DNA of 64,000 nucleotides from the human T2T-CHM13v2.0 reference genome, Homo sapiens. Positions 1 through 13,000 of this stretch are shown in pieces; the stretch's first letter is position 1; the number at the start of each line of letters is the position of its first letter. The stretch lies in the NCBI RefSeq assembly GCF_009914755.1, contig NC_060943.1; one strand, given 5' to 3'. The position numbers and the translations under genes are program-made. The notes beneath the pieces were generated by a model. That model saw only the letters and a program-made list of their open reading frames with translations. It did not search any database and was not told where the DNA came from.

Positions 1-122
1 CTCAGTAACTGCCTTGTGTTGTGTGTATTCAACTCACAGAGTTGAACGATCCTTTACACAGAGCAGACTTGAAACACTCTTTTTGTGGAATTTGCAAGTG
101 GAGATTTCAGCCGCTTTGAGGT

Positions 123-139
123 CAATGGTAGAATAGGAA
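123..139 (+). other. A-box / degenerate pJalpha-type site in the A monomer (first instance; recurs every dimer)
   Basis: CAATGGTAGAATAGGAA lies exactly 171 bp before the CENP-B box, at the homologous monomer position. It differs from the pJalpha consensus CTAYGGTGRAAAAGGAA (recalled) at 3 positions. Confidence 0.75.
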
Positions 140-293
140 ATATCTTCCTATAGAAACTAGACAGAATGATTCTCAGAAACTCCTTTGTGATGTGTGCGTT
201 CAACTCACAGAGTTTACCCTTTCTTTTCATAGAGCAGTTAGGAAACACTCTGTTTGTAAAGTCTGCAAGTGGATATTCAGACATCCTTGAGGC

Positions 294-310
294 TTTCGTT
301 GGAAACGGGA
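294..310 (+). promoter_or_regulatory. CENP-B box (first instance; recurs at dimer offset 294-310 throughout)
   Basis: TTTCGTTGGAAACGGGA matches the 17-bp consensus YTTCGTTGGAARCGGGA. Three common intact alleles occur: TTTCGTTGGAAACGGGA, CTTCGTTGGAAACGGGA and CTTCGTTGGAAGCGGGA. About 168 of 188 boxes keep the nine essential bases (by-eye count). Confidence 0.97.
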
Positions 311-3300
311 TTTCTTCATATTCTGCCAGAAAGAAGAATTCTCAGTAACTTCCTTGTGTTGTGTGTATTCAACTCACAGAGTTGAACGATCCTTTACACA
401 GAGCAGACTTGAAACACTCTTTTTGTGGAATTTGCAAGTGGAGATTTCAGCCGCTGTGAGGTCAATGGTAGAATAGGAAATATCTTCCTATAGAAACTAG
501 ACAGAATGATTCTCAGAAACTCCTTTGTGATGTGTGCGTTCAACTCACAGAGTTTAACCTTTCTTTTCATAGAGCAGTTGGGAAACACTCTGTTTGTAAA
601 GTCTGCAAGTGGATATTCAGACATCCTTGAGGCTTTCGTTGGAAACGGGATTTCTTCATATTCTGCTAGAAAGAAGAATTCTCAGTAACTTCCTTGTGTT
701 GTGTGTATTCAACTAACAGAGTTGAACGATCCTTTACACAGAGCAGACTTGAAACACTCTTTTTGTGGAATTTGCAAGTGGAGATTTCAGCCGCTTTGAG
801 TTCAATGGTAGAATAGGAAATATCTTCCTATAGAAACTAGACAGAATGATTCTCAGAAACTCCTTTGTGATGTGTGCGTTCAACTCACAGAGTTCAACCT
901 TTCTTTTCATAGAGCAGTTGGGAAACACTCTGTTTGTAAAGTCTGCAAGTGGATATTCAGACTTCTTTGAGGCCTTCGTTGGAAGCGGGATTTCTTCATA
1001 TTCTGCTAGACAGAAGAATTCTCAGAAACTTCCTTGTGTTGTGTGTTTTCAACTCACAGAGTTGAACGATCCTTTACACAGAGCAGACTTGAAACACTCC
1101 TTTTGTGGAATTTGCAAGTGGAGATTTCAGCCGCTTTGAGGTCAATGGTAGAATAGGAAATATCTTCCTATAGAAAGTAGACAGAATGATTCTCAGAAAC
1201 TCCTTTGTGATGTGTGCGTTCAACTCACAGAGTTTAACCTTTCTTTTCATAGAGCAGTTAGGAAACACTCTGTTTGTAAAGTCTGCAAGTGGATATTCAG
1301 ACCTCCTTGAGGCCTTCGTTGGAAACGGGATTTCTTCATATTATGCTAGACAGAAGAATTCTCAGTAACTTCCTTGTGTTGTGTGTATTCAACTCACAGA
1401 GTTGAACGATCCTTTACACAGAGCAGACTTGAAACACTCTTTTTGTGGAATTTGCAAGTGGAGATTTCAGCCGCTTTGAGTTCAATGGTAGAATAGGAAA
1501 TATCTTCCTATAGAAACTAGACAGAATGATTCTCAGAAACTCCTTTGTGATGTGTGCGTTCAACTCACAGAGTTCAACCTTTCTTTTCATAGAGCAGTTG
1601 GGAAACACTCTGTTTGTAAAGTCTGCAAGTGGATATTCAGACTTCTTTGAGGCCTTTGTTGGAAGCGGGATTTCTTCATATTCTGCTAGACAGAAGAATT
1701 CTCAGTAACTTCCTTGTGTTGTGTGTATTCAACTCACAGAGTTGAACGATCCTTTACACAGAGCAGACTTGAAACACTCTTTTTGTGGAATTTGCAAGTG
1801 GAGATTTCAGCCGCTTTGAGGTCAATGGTAGAATAGGAAATATCTTCCTATAGAAACTAGACAGAATGATTCTCAGAAACTCCTTTGTGATGTGTGCGTT
1901 CAACTCACAGAGTTTACCCTTTCTTTTCATAGAGCAGTTAGGAAACACTGTGTTTGTAAAGTCTGCAAGTGGATATTCAGACATCCTTGAGGCTTTCGTT
2001 GGAAACGGGATTTCTTCATATTCTGCTAGAAAGAAGAATTCTCAGTAACTTCCTTGTGTTGTGTGTATTCAACTCACAGAGTTGAACGATCCTTTACACA
2101 GAGCAGACTTGAAACACTCCTTTTGTGGAATTTGCAAGTGGAGATTTCAGCCGCTTTGAGGTCAATGGTAGAATAGGAAATATCTTCCTATAGAAACTAG
2201 ACAGAATGATTCTCAGAAACTCCTTTGTGATGTGTGCGTTCAACTCACAGAGTTTAACCTTTCTTTTCATAGAGCAGTTGGGAAACACTCTGTTTGTAAA
2301 GTCTGCAAGTGGATATTCAGACTTCTTTGAGGCTTTCGTTGGAAACGGGATTTCTTCATATTCTGCTAGAAAGAAGAATTCTCAGTAACTTCCTTGTGTT
2401 GTGTGTATTCAACTCACAGAGTTGCACGATCCTTTACACAGAGCAGACTTGAAACACTCTTTTTGTGGAATTTGCAAGTGGAGATTTCAGCCGCTTTGAG
2501 GTCAATGGTAGAATAGGAAATATCTTCCTATAGAAACTAGACAGAATGATTCTCAGAAACTCCTTTGTGATGTGTGCGTTCAACTCACAGAGTTCAACCT
2601 TTCTTTTCATAGAGCAGTTGGGAAACACTCTGTTTGCAAAGTCTGCAAGTGGATATTCAGACTTCTTTGAGGCCTTCGTTGGAAGCGGGATTTCTTCATA
2701 TTCTGCTAGACAGAAGAATTCTCAGTAACTGCCTTGTGTTGTGTGTATTCAACTCACAGAGTTGAACGATCCTTTACACAGAGCAGACTTGAAACACTCT
2801 TTTTGTGGAATTTGCAAGTGGAGATTTCAGCCGCTTTGAGGTCAATGGTAGAATAGGAAATATCTTCCTATAGAAACTAGACAGAATGATTCTCAGAAAC
2901 TCCTTTGTGATGTGTGCGTTCAACTCACAGAGTTTACCCTTTCTTTTCATAGAGCAGTTAGGAAACACTCTGTTTGTAAAGTCTGCAAGTGGATATTCAG
3001 ACATCCTTGAGGCTTTCGTTGGAAACGGGATTTCTTCATATTCTGCCAGAAAGAAGAATTCTCAGTAACTTCCTTGTGTTGTGTGTATTCAACTCACAGA
3101 GTTGAACGATCCTTTACACAGAGCAGACTTGAAACACTCTTTTTGTGGAATTTGCAAGTGGAGATTTCAGCCGCTGTGAGGTCAATGGTAGAATAGGAAA
3201 TATCTTCCTATAGAAACTAGACAGAATGATTCTCAGAAACTCCTTTGTGATGTGTGCGTTCAACTCACAGAGTTTAACCTTTCTTTTCATAGAGCAGTTG

Positions 3301-4080
3301 GGAAACACTCTGTTTGTAAAGTCTGCAAGTGGATATTCAGACATCCTTGAGGCTTTCGTTGGAAACGGGATTTCTTCATATTCTGCTAGAAAGAAGAATT
3401 CTCAGTAACTTCCTTGTGTTGTGTGTATTCAACTAACAGAGTTGAACGATCCTTTACACAGAGCAGACTTGAAACACTCTTTTTGTGGAATTTGCAAGTG
3501 GAGATTTCAGCCGATTTGAGTTCAATGGTAGAATAGGAAATATCTTCCTATAGAAACTAGACAGAATGATTCTCAGAAACTCCTTTGTGATGTGTGCGTT
3601 CAACTCACAGAGTTCAACCTTTCTTTTCATAGAGCAGTTGGGAAACACTCTGTTTGTAAAGTCTGCAAGTGGATATTCAGACTTCTTTGAGGCCTTCGTT
3701 GGAAGCGGGATTTCTTCATATTCTGCTAGACAGAAGAATTCTCAGAAACTTCCTTGTGTTGTGTGTTTTCAACTCACAGAGTTGAACGATCCTTTACACA
3801 GAGCAGACTTGAAACACTCCTTTTGTGGAATTTGCAAGTGGAGATTTCAGCCGCTTTGAGGTCAATGGTAGAATAGGAAATATCTTCCTATAGAAAGTAG
3901 ACAGAATGATTCTCAGAAACTCCTTTGTGATGTGTGCGTTCAACTCACAGAGTTTAACCTTTCTTTTCATAGAGCAGTTAGGAAACACTCTGTTTGTAAA
4001 GTCTGCAAGTGGATATTCAGACCTCCTTGAGGCCTTCGTTGGAAACGGGATTTCTTCATATTATGCTAGACAGAAGAATT

Positions 4081-7000
4081 CTCAGTAACTTCCTTGTGTT
4101 GTGTGTATTCAACTCACAGAGTTGAACGATCCTTTACACAGAGCAGACTTGAAACACTCTTTTTGTGGAATTTGCAAGTGGAGATTTCAGCCGCTTTGAG
4201 TTCAATGGTAGAATAGGAAATATCTTCCTATAGAAACTAGACAGAATGATTCTCAGAAACTCCTTTGTGATGTGTGCGTTCAACTCACAGAGTTCAACCT
4301 TTCTTTTCATAGAGCAGTTGGGAAACACTCTGTTTGTAAAGTCTGCAAGTGGATATTCAGACTTCTTTGAGGCCTTCGTTGGAAGCGGGATTTCTTCATA
4401 TTCTGCTAGACAGAAGAATTCTCAGTAACTTCCTTGTGTTGTGTGTATTCAACTCACAGAGTTGAACGATCCTTTACACAGAGCAGACTTGAAACACTCT
4501 TTTTGTGGAATTTGCAAGTGGAGATTTCAGCCGCTTTGAGGTCAATGGTAGAATAGGAAATATCTTCCTATAGAAACTAGACAGAATGATTCTCAGAAAC
4601 TCCTTTGTGATGTGTGCGTTCAACTCACAGAGTTTAACCTTTCTTTTCATAGAGCAGTTAGGAAACACTCTGTTTGTAAAGTCTGCAAGTGGATATTCAG
4701 ACATCCTTGAGGCTTTCGTTGGAAATGGGTTTTCTTCATATTCTGCTAGAAAGAAGAATTCTCAGTAACTTCCTTGTGTTGTGTGTATTCAACTCACAGA
4801 CTTGAACGATCCTTTACACAGAGCAGACTTGAAACACTCTTTTTGTGGAATTTGCAAGTGGAGATTTCAGCCGCTGTGAGGTCAATGGTAGAATAGGAAA
4901 TATCTTCCTATAGAAACTAGACAGAATGATTCTCAGAAACTCCTTTGTGATGTGTGCGTTCAACTCACAGAGTTTAACCTTTCTTTTCATAGAGCAGTTG
5001 GGAAACACTCTGTTTGTAAAGTCTTGAAGTGGATATTCAGACATCCTTGAGGCTTTCGTTGGAAACGGGATTTCTTCATATTCTGCTAGAAAGAAGAATT
5101 CTCAGTAACTTCCTTGTGTTGTGTGTATTCAACTCACAGAGTTGAACGATCCTTTACACAGAGCAGACTTGAAACACTCTTTTTGTGGAATTTGCAAGTG
5201 GAGATTTCAGCCGCTTTGAGTTCAATGGTAGAATAGGAAATATCTTCCTATAGAAACTAGACAGAATGATTCTCAGAAACTCCTTTGTGATGTGTTCGTT
5301 CAACTCACAGAGTTCAACCTTTCTTTTCATAGAGCAGTTGGGAAACACTCTGTTTGTAAAGTCTGCAAGTGGATATTCAGACCTCTTTGAGGCCTTCGTT
5401 GGAAGCGGGATTTCTTCATGTTCTGCTAGACAGAAGAATTCTCAGAAACTTCCTTGTGTTGTGTGTTTTCAACTCACAGAGTTGAACGATCCTTTACACA
5501 GAGCAGACTTGAAACACTCCTTTTGTGGAATTTGCAAGTGGAGATTTCAGCCGCTTTGAGGTCAATGGTAGAATAGGAAATATCTTCCTATAGAAAGTAG
5601 ACAGAATGATTCTCAGAAACTCCTTTGTGATGTGTGCGTTCAACTCACAGAGTTTAACCTTTCTTTTCATAGAGCAGTTAGGAAACACTCTGTTTGTAAA
5701 GTCTGCAAGTGGATATTCAGACCTCCTTGAGGCCTTCGTTGGAAACGGGATTTCTTCATATTATGCTAGACAGAAGAATTCTCAGTAACATCCTTGTGTT
5801 GTGTGTATTCAACTCACAGAGTTGAACGATCCTTTACACAGAGCAGACTTGAAACACTCTTTTTGTGGAATTTGCAAGTGGAGATTTCAGCCGCTGTGAG
5901 TTCAATGGTAGAATAGGAAATATCTTCCTATAGAAACTAGACAGAATGATTCTCAGAAACTCCTTTGTGATGTGTGCGTTCAACTCACAGAGTTCAACCT
6001 TTCTTTTCATAGAGCAGTTGGGAAACACTCTGTTTGTAAATTCTGCAAGTGGATATTCAGACTTCTTTGAGGCCTTTGTTGGAAGCGGGATTTCTTCATA
6101 TTCTGCTAGACAGAAGAATTCTCAGTAACTGCCTTGTGTTGTGTGTATTCAACTCACAGAGTTGAACGATCCTTTACACAGAGCAGACTTGAAACACTCT
6201 TTTTGTGGAATTTGCAAGTGGAGATTTCAGCCGCTTTGAGGTCAATGGTAGAATAGGAAATATCTTCCTATAGAAACTAGACAGAATGATTCTCAGAAAC
6301 TCCTTTGTGATGTGTGCGTTCAACTCACAGAGTTTACCCTTTCTTTTCATAGAGCAGTTAGGAAACACTCTGTTTGTAAAGTCTGCAAGTGGATATTCAG
6401 ACATCCTTGAGGCTTTCGTTGGAAACGGGATTTCTTCATATTCTGCTAGAAAGAAGAATTCTCAGTAACTTCCTTGTGTTGTGTGTATTCAACTCACAGA
6501 GTTGAACGATACTTTACACAGAGCAGACTTGAAACACTCTTTTTGTGGAATTTGCAAGTGGAGATTTCAGCCGCTTTGAGGTCAATGGTAGAATAGGAAA
6601 TATCTTCCTATAGAAACTAGACAGAATGATTCTCAGAAACTCCTTTGTGATGTGTGCGTTCAACTCACAGAGTTTAACCTTTCTTTTCATAGAGCAGTTA
6701 GGAAACACTCTGTTTGTACAGTCTGCAAGTGGATATTCAGACATCCTTGAGGCTTTCGTTGGAAACGGGATTTCTTCATATTCTGCTAGAAAGAAGAATT
6801 CTCAGTAACTTCCTTGTGTTGTGTGTATTCAACTCACAGAGTTGAACGATCCTTTACACAGAGCAGACTTGAAACACTCTTTTTGTGGAATTTGCAAGTG
6901 GAGATTTCAGCCGCTTTGAGGTCAATGGTAGAATAGGAAATATCTTCCTATAGAAACTAGACAGAATGATTCTCAGAAACTCCTTTGTGATGTGTGCGTT

Positions 7001-10000
7001 CAACTCACAGAGTTTAACCTTTCTTTTCATAGAGCAGTTGGGAAACACTCTGTTTGTAAAGTCTGCAAGTGGATATTCAGACCTCCTTGAGGCCTTCGTT
7101 GGAAACGGGCTTTCTTCATATAATGCTAGACAGAAGAATTCTCAGTAACTTCCTTGTGTTGTGTGTATTCAACTCACAGAGTTGAACGATCCTTTACACA
7201 GAGCAGACTTGAAACACTCTTTTTGTGGAATTTGCAAGTGGAGATTTCAGCCGCTTTGAGTTCAATGGTAGAATAGGAAATATCTTCCTATAGAAACTAG
7301 ACAGAATGATTCTCAGAAACTCCTTTGTGATGTGTGCGTTCAACTCACAGAGTTCAACCTTTCTTTTCATAGAGCAGTTGGGAAACACTCTGTTTGTAAA
7401 GTCTGCAAGTGGATATTCAGACTTCTTTGAGGCCTTCGTTGGAAGCGGGATTTCTTCATATTCTGCTAGACAGAAGAATTCTCAGTAACTTCCTTGTGTT
7501 GTGTGTATTCAACTCACAGAGTTGAACGATCCTTTACACAGAGCAGACTTGAAACACTCTTTTTGTGGAATTTGCAAGTGGAGATTTCAGCCGCTTTGAG
7601 GTCAATGGTAGAATAGGAAATATCTTCCTATAGAAACTAGACAGAATGATTCTCAGAAACTCCTTTGTGATGTGTGCGTTCAACTCACAGAGTTTAACCT
7701 TTCTTTTCATAGAGCAGTTAGGAAACACTCTGTTTGTAAAGTCTGCAAGTGGATATTCAGACATCCTTGAGGCTTTCGTTGGAAATGGGTTTTCTTCATA
7801 TTCTGCTAGAAAGAAGAATTCTCAGTAACTTCCTTGTGTTGTGTGTATTCAACTCACAGACTTGAACGATCCTTTACACAGAGCAGACTTGAAACACTCT
7901 TTTTGTGGAATTTGCAAGTGGAGATTTCAGCCGCTGTGAGGTCAATGGTAGAATAGGAAATATCTTCCTATAGAAACTAGACAGAATGATTCTCAGAAAC
8001 TCCTTTGTGATGTGTGCGTTCAACTCACAGAGTTTAACCTTTCTTTTCATAGAGCAGTTGGGAAACACTCTGTTTGTAAAGTATTGAAGTGGATATTCAG
8101 ACATCCTTGAGGCTTTCGTTGGAAACGGGATTTCTTCATATTCTGCTAGAAAGAAGAATTCTCAGTAACTTCCTTGTGTTGTGTGTATTCAACTCACAGA
8201 GTTGAACGATCCTTTACACAGAGCAGACTTGAAACACTCTTTTTGTGGAATTTGCAAGTGGAGATTTCAGCCGCTTTGAGTTCAATGGTAGAATAGGAAA
8301 TATCTTCCTATAGAAACTAGACAGAATGATTCTCAGAAACTCCTTTGTGATGTGTGCGTTCAACTCACAGAGTTCAACCTTTCTTTTCATAGAGCAGTTG
8401 GGAAACACTCTGTTTGTAAAGTCTGCAAGTGGATATTCAGACCTCTTTGAGGCCTTCGTTGGAAGCGGGATTTCTTCATGTTCTGCTAGACAGAAGAATT
8501 CTCAGAAACTTCCTTGTGTTGTGTGTTTTCAACTCACAGAGTTGAACGATCCTTTACACAGAGCAGACTTGAAACACTCCTTTTGTGGAATTTGCAAGTG
8601 GAGATTTCAGCCGCTTTGAGGTCAATGGTAGAATAGGAAATATCTTCCTATAGAAAGTAGACAGAATGATTCTCAGAAACTCCTTTGTGATGTGTGCGTT
8701 CAACTCACAGAGTTTAACCTTTCTTTTCATAGAGCAGTTAGGAAACACTCTGATTGTAAAGTCTGCAAGTGGATATTCAGACCTCCTTGAGGCCTTCGTT
8801 GGAAACGGGATTTCTTCATATTATGCTAGACAGAAGAATTCTCAGTAACTTCCTTGTGTTGTGTGTATTCAACTCACAGAGTTGAACGATCCTTTACACA
8901 GAGCAGACTTGAAACACTCTTTTTGTGGAATTTGCAAGTGGAGATTTCAGCCGCTGTGAGTTCAATGGTAGAATAGGAAATATCTTCCTATAGAAACTAG
9001 ACAGAATGATTCTCAGAAACTCCTTTGTGATGTGTGCGTTCAACTCACAGAGTTCAACCTTTCTTTTCATAGAGCAGTTGGGAAACACTCTGTTTGTAAA
9101 TTCTGCAAGTGGATATTCAGACTTCTTTGAGGCCTTCTTTGGAAGCGGGATTTCTTCATATTCTGCTAGACAGAAGAATTCTCAGTAACTGCCTTGTGTT
9201 GTGTGTATTCAACTCACAGAGTTGAACGATCCTTTACACAGAGCAGACTTGAAACACTCTTTTTGTGGAATTTGCAAGTGGAGATTTCAGCCGCTTTGAG
9301 GTCAATGGTAGAATAGGAAATATCTTCCTATAGAAACTAGACAGAATGATTCTCAGAAACTCCTTTGTGATGTGTGCGTTCAACTCACAGAGTTTAACCT
9401 TTCTTTTCATAGAGCAGTTAGGAAACACTCTGATTGTAAAGTCCGCAAGTGGATATTCAGACCTCCTTGAGGCCTTCGTTGGAAACGGGATTTCTTCATA
9501 TTATGCTAGACAGAAGAATTCTCAGAAACTTCCTTGTGTTGTGTGTTTTCAACTCACAGAGTTGAACGATCCTTTACACAGAGCAGACTTGAAACACTCT
9601 TTTTGTGGAATTTGCAAGTGGAGATTTCAGCCGCTTTGAGGTCAATGGTAGAATAGGAAATATCTTCCTATAGAAACTAGACAGAATGATTCTCAGAAAC
9701 TCCTTTGTGATGTGTGCGTTCAACTCACAGAGTTCAACCTTTCTTTTCATAGAGCAGTTGGGAAACACTCTGTTTGTAAAGTCTGCAAGTGGATATTCAG
9801 ACTTCTTTGAGGCCTTCGTTGGAAGCGGGATTTCTTCATATTCTGCTAGACAGAAGAATTCTCAGTAACTGCCTTGTGTTGTGTGTATTCAACTCACAGA
9901 GTTGAACGATCCTTTACACAGAGCAGACTTGAAACACTCTTTTTGTGGAATTTGCAAGTGGAGATTTCAGCCGCTTTGAGGTCAATGGTAGAATAGGAAA

Positions 10001-13000
10001 TATCTTCCTATAGAAACTAGACAGAATGATTCTCAGAAACTCCTTTGTGATGTGTGCGTTCAACTCACAGAGTTTACCCTTTCTTTTCATAGAGCAGTTG
10101 GGAAACACTCTGTTTGTAAAGTCTGCAAGTGGATATTCAGACATCCTTGAGGCTTTCGTTGGAAACGGGATTTCTTCATATTCTGCCAGAAAGAAGAATT
10201 CTCAGTAACTTCCTTGTGTTGTGTGTATTCAACTCACAGAGTTGAACGATCCTTTACACAGAGCAGACTTGAAACACTCTTTTTGTGGAATTTGCAAGTG
10301 GAGATTTCAGCCGCTGTGAGGTCAATGGTAGAATAGGAAATATCTTCCTATAGAAACTAGACAGAATGATTCTCAGAAACTCCTTTGTGATGTGTGCGTT
10401 CAACTCACAGAGTTTAACCTTTCTTTTCATAGAGCAGTTGGGAAACACTCTGTTTGTAAAGTCTGCAAGTGGATATTCAGACATCCTTGAGGCTTTCGTT
10501 GGAAACGGGATTTCTTCATATTCTGCTAGAAAGAAGAATTCTCAGTAACTTCCTTGTGTTGTGTGTATTCAACTAACAGAGTTGAACGATCCTTTACACA
10601 GAGCAGACTTGAAACACTCTTTTTGTGGAATTTGCAAGTGGAGATTTCAGCCGATTTGAGTTCAATGGTAGAATAGGAAATATCTTCCTATAGAAACTAG
10701 ACAGAATGATTCTCAGAAACTCCTTTGTGATGTGTGCGTTCAACTCACAGAGTTCAACCTTTCTTTTCATAGAGCAGTTGGGAAACACTCTGTTTGTAAA
10801 GTCTGCAAGTGGATATTCAGACTTCTTTGAGGCCTTCGTTGGAAGCGGGATTTCTTCATATTCTGCTAGACAGAAGAATTCTCAGAAACTTCCTTGTGTT
10901 GTGTGTTTTCAACTCACAGAGTTGAACGATCCTTTACACAGAGCAGACTTGAAACACTCCTTTTGTGGAATTTGCAAGTGGAGATTTCAGCCGCTTTGAG
11001 GTCAATGGTAGAATAGGAAATATCTTCCTATAGAAAGTAGACAGAATGATTCTCAGAAACTCCTTTGTGATGTGTGCGTTCAACTCACAGAGTTTAACCT
11101 TTCTTTTCATAGAGCAGTTAGGAAACACTCTGTTTGTAAAGTCTGCAAGTGGATATTCAGACCTCCTTGAGGCCTTCGTTGGAAACGGGATTTCTTCATA
11201 TTATGCTAGACAGAAGAATTCTCAGTAACTTCCTTGTGTTGTGTGTATTCAACTCACAGAGTTGAACGATCCTTTACACAGAGCAGACTTGAAACACTCT
11301 TTTTGTGGAATTTGCAAGTGGAGATTTCAGCCGCTTTGAGTTCAATGGTAGAATAGGAAATATCTTCCTATAGAAACTAGACAGAATGATTCTCAGAAAC
11401 TCCTTTGTGATGTGTGCGTTCAACTCACAGAGTTCAACCTTTCTTTTCATAGAGCAGTTGGGAAACACTCTGTTTGTAAAGTCTGCAAGTGGATATTCAG
11501 ACTTCTTTGAGGCCTTCGTTGGAAGCGGGATTTCTTCATATTCTGCTAGACAGAAGAATCCTCAGTAACTTCCTTGTGTTGTGTGTATTCAACTCACAGA
11601 GTTGAACGATCCTTTACACAGAGCAGACTTGAAACACTCTTTTTGTGGAATTTGCAAGTGGAGATTTCAGCCGCTTTGAGGTCAATGGTAGAATAGGAAA
11701 TATCTTCCTATAGAAAGTAGACAGAATGATTCTCAGAAACTCCTTTGTGATGTGTGCGTTCAACTCACAGAGTTTAACCTTTCTTTTCATAGAGCAGTTA
11801 GGAAACACTCTGTTTGTAAAGTCTGCAAGTGGATATTCAGACCTCCTTGAGGCCTTCGTTGGAAACGGGATTTCTTCATATTATGCTAGACAGAAGAATT
11901 CTCAGTAACATCCTTGTGTTGTGTGTATTCAACTCACAGAGTTGAACGATCCTTTACACAGAGCAGACTTGAAACACTCTTTTTGTGGAATTTGCAAGTG
12001 GAGATTTCAGCCGCTGTGAGTTCAATGGTAGAATAGGAAATATCTTCCTATAGAAACTAGACAGAATGATTCTCAGAAACTCCTTTGTGATGTGTGCGTT
12101 CAACTCACAGAGTTCAACCTTTCTTTTCATAGAGCAGTTGGGAAACACTCTGTTTGTAAATTCTGCAAGTGGATATTCAGACTTCTTTGAGGCCTTCGTT
12201 GGAAGCGGGATTTCTTCATATTCTGCTAGACAGAAGAATTCTCAGTAACTGCCTTGTGTTGTGTGTATTCAACTCACAGAGTTGAACGATCCTTTACACA
12301 GAGCAGACTTGAAACACTCTTTTTGTGGAATTTGCAAGTGGAGATTTCAGCCGCTTTGAGGTCAATGGTAGAATAGGAAATATCTTCCTATAGAAACTAG
12401 ACAGAATGATTCTCAGAAACTCCTTTGTGATGTGTGCGTTCAACTCACAGAGTTTAACCTTTCTTTTCATAGAGCAGTTAGGAAACACTCTGATTGTAAA
12501 GTCTGCAAGTGGATATTCAGACCTCCTTGAGGCCTTCGTTGGAAACGGGATTTCTTCATATTATGCTAGACAGAAGAATTCTCAGTAACTTCCTTGTGTT
12601 GTGTGTATTCAACTCACAGAGTTGAACGATCCTTTACACAGAGCAGACTTGAAACACTCTTTTTGTGGAATTTGCAAGTGGAGATTTCAGCCGCTTTGAG
12701 TTCAATGGTAGAATAGGAAATATCTTCCTATAGAAACTAGACAGAATGATTCTCAGAAACTCCTTTGTGATGTGTGCGTTCAACTCACAGAGTTCAACCT
12801 TTCTTTTCATAGAGCAGTTGGGAAACACTCTGTTTGTAAAGTCTGCAAGTGGATATTCAGACTTCTTTGAGGCCTTCGTTGGAAGCGGGATTTCTTCATA
12901 TTCTGCTAGACAGAAGAATTCTCAGTAACTGCCTTGTGTTGTGTGTATTCAACTCACAGAGTTGAACGATCCTTTACACAGTGCAGACTTGAAACACTCT

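Larger units (their letters stand above)
1..11560 (+). repeat. Five-dimer (1700 bp) haplotype block present three times: 1-1700, 2721-4420, 9861-11560
   Basis: Same ordered markers in each copy: TTTACCCT plus CTGCCAGA, then CCGCTGTGAG, then AACTAACAGA (715, 3435, 10575), then the CTCAGAAACT/ACTCC/AAAGTAG dimer. Copies 2 and 3 also share CCGATTT (3514, 10654). Confidence 0.85.

Noticed and set aside
28-46. Hairpins as terminators or structured ncRNA genes
   Set aside because: The stems are short, AT-rich and intrinsic to the alphoid monomer, with no associated transcription unit. Alpha satellite transcription is known in general, but no discrete RNA gene can be delimited here.
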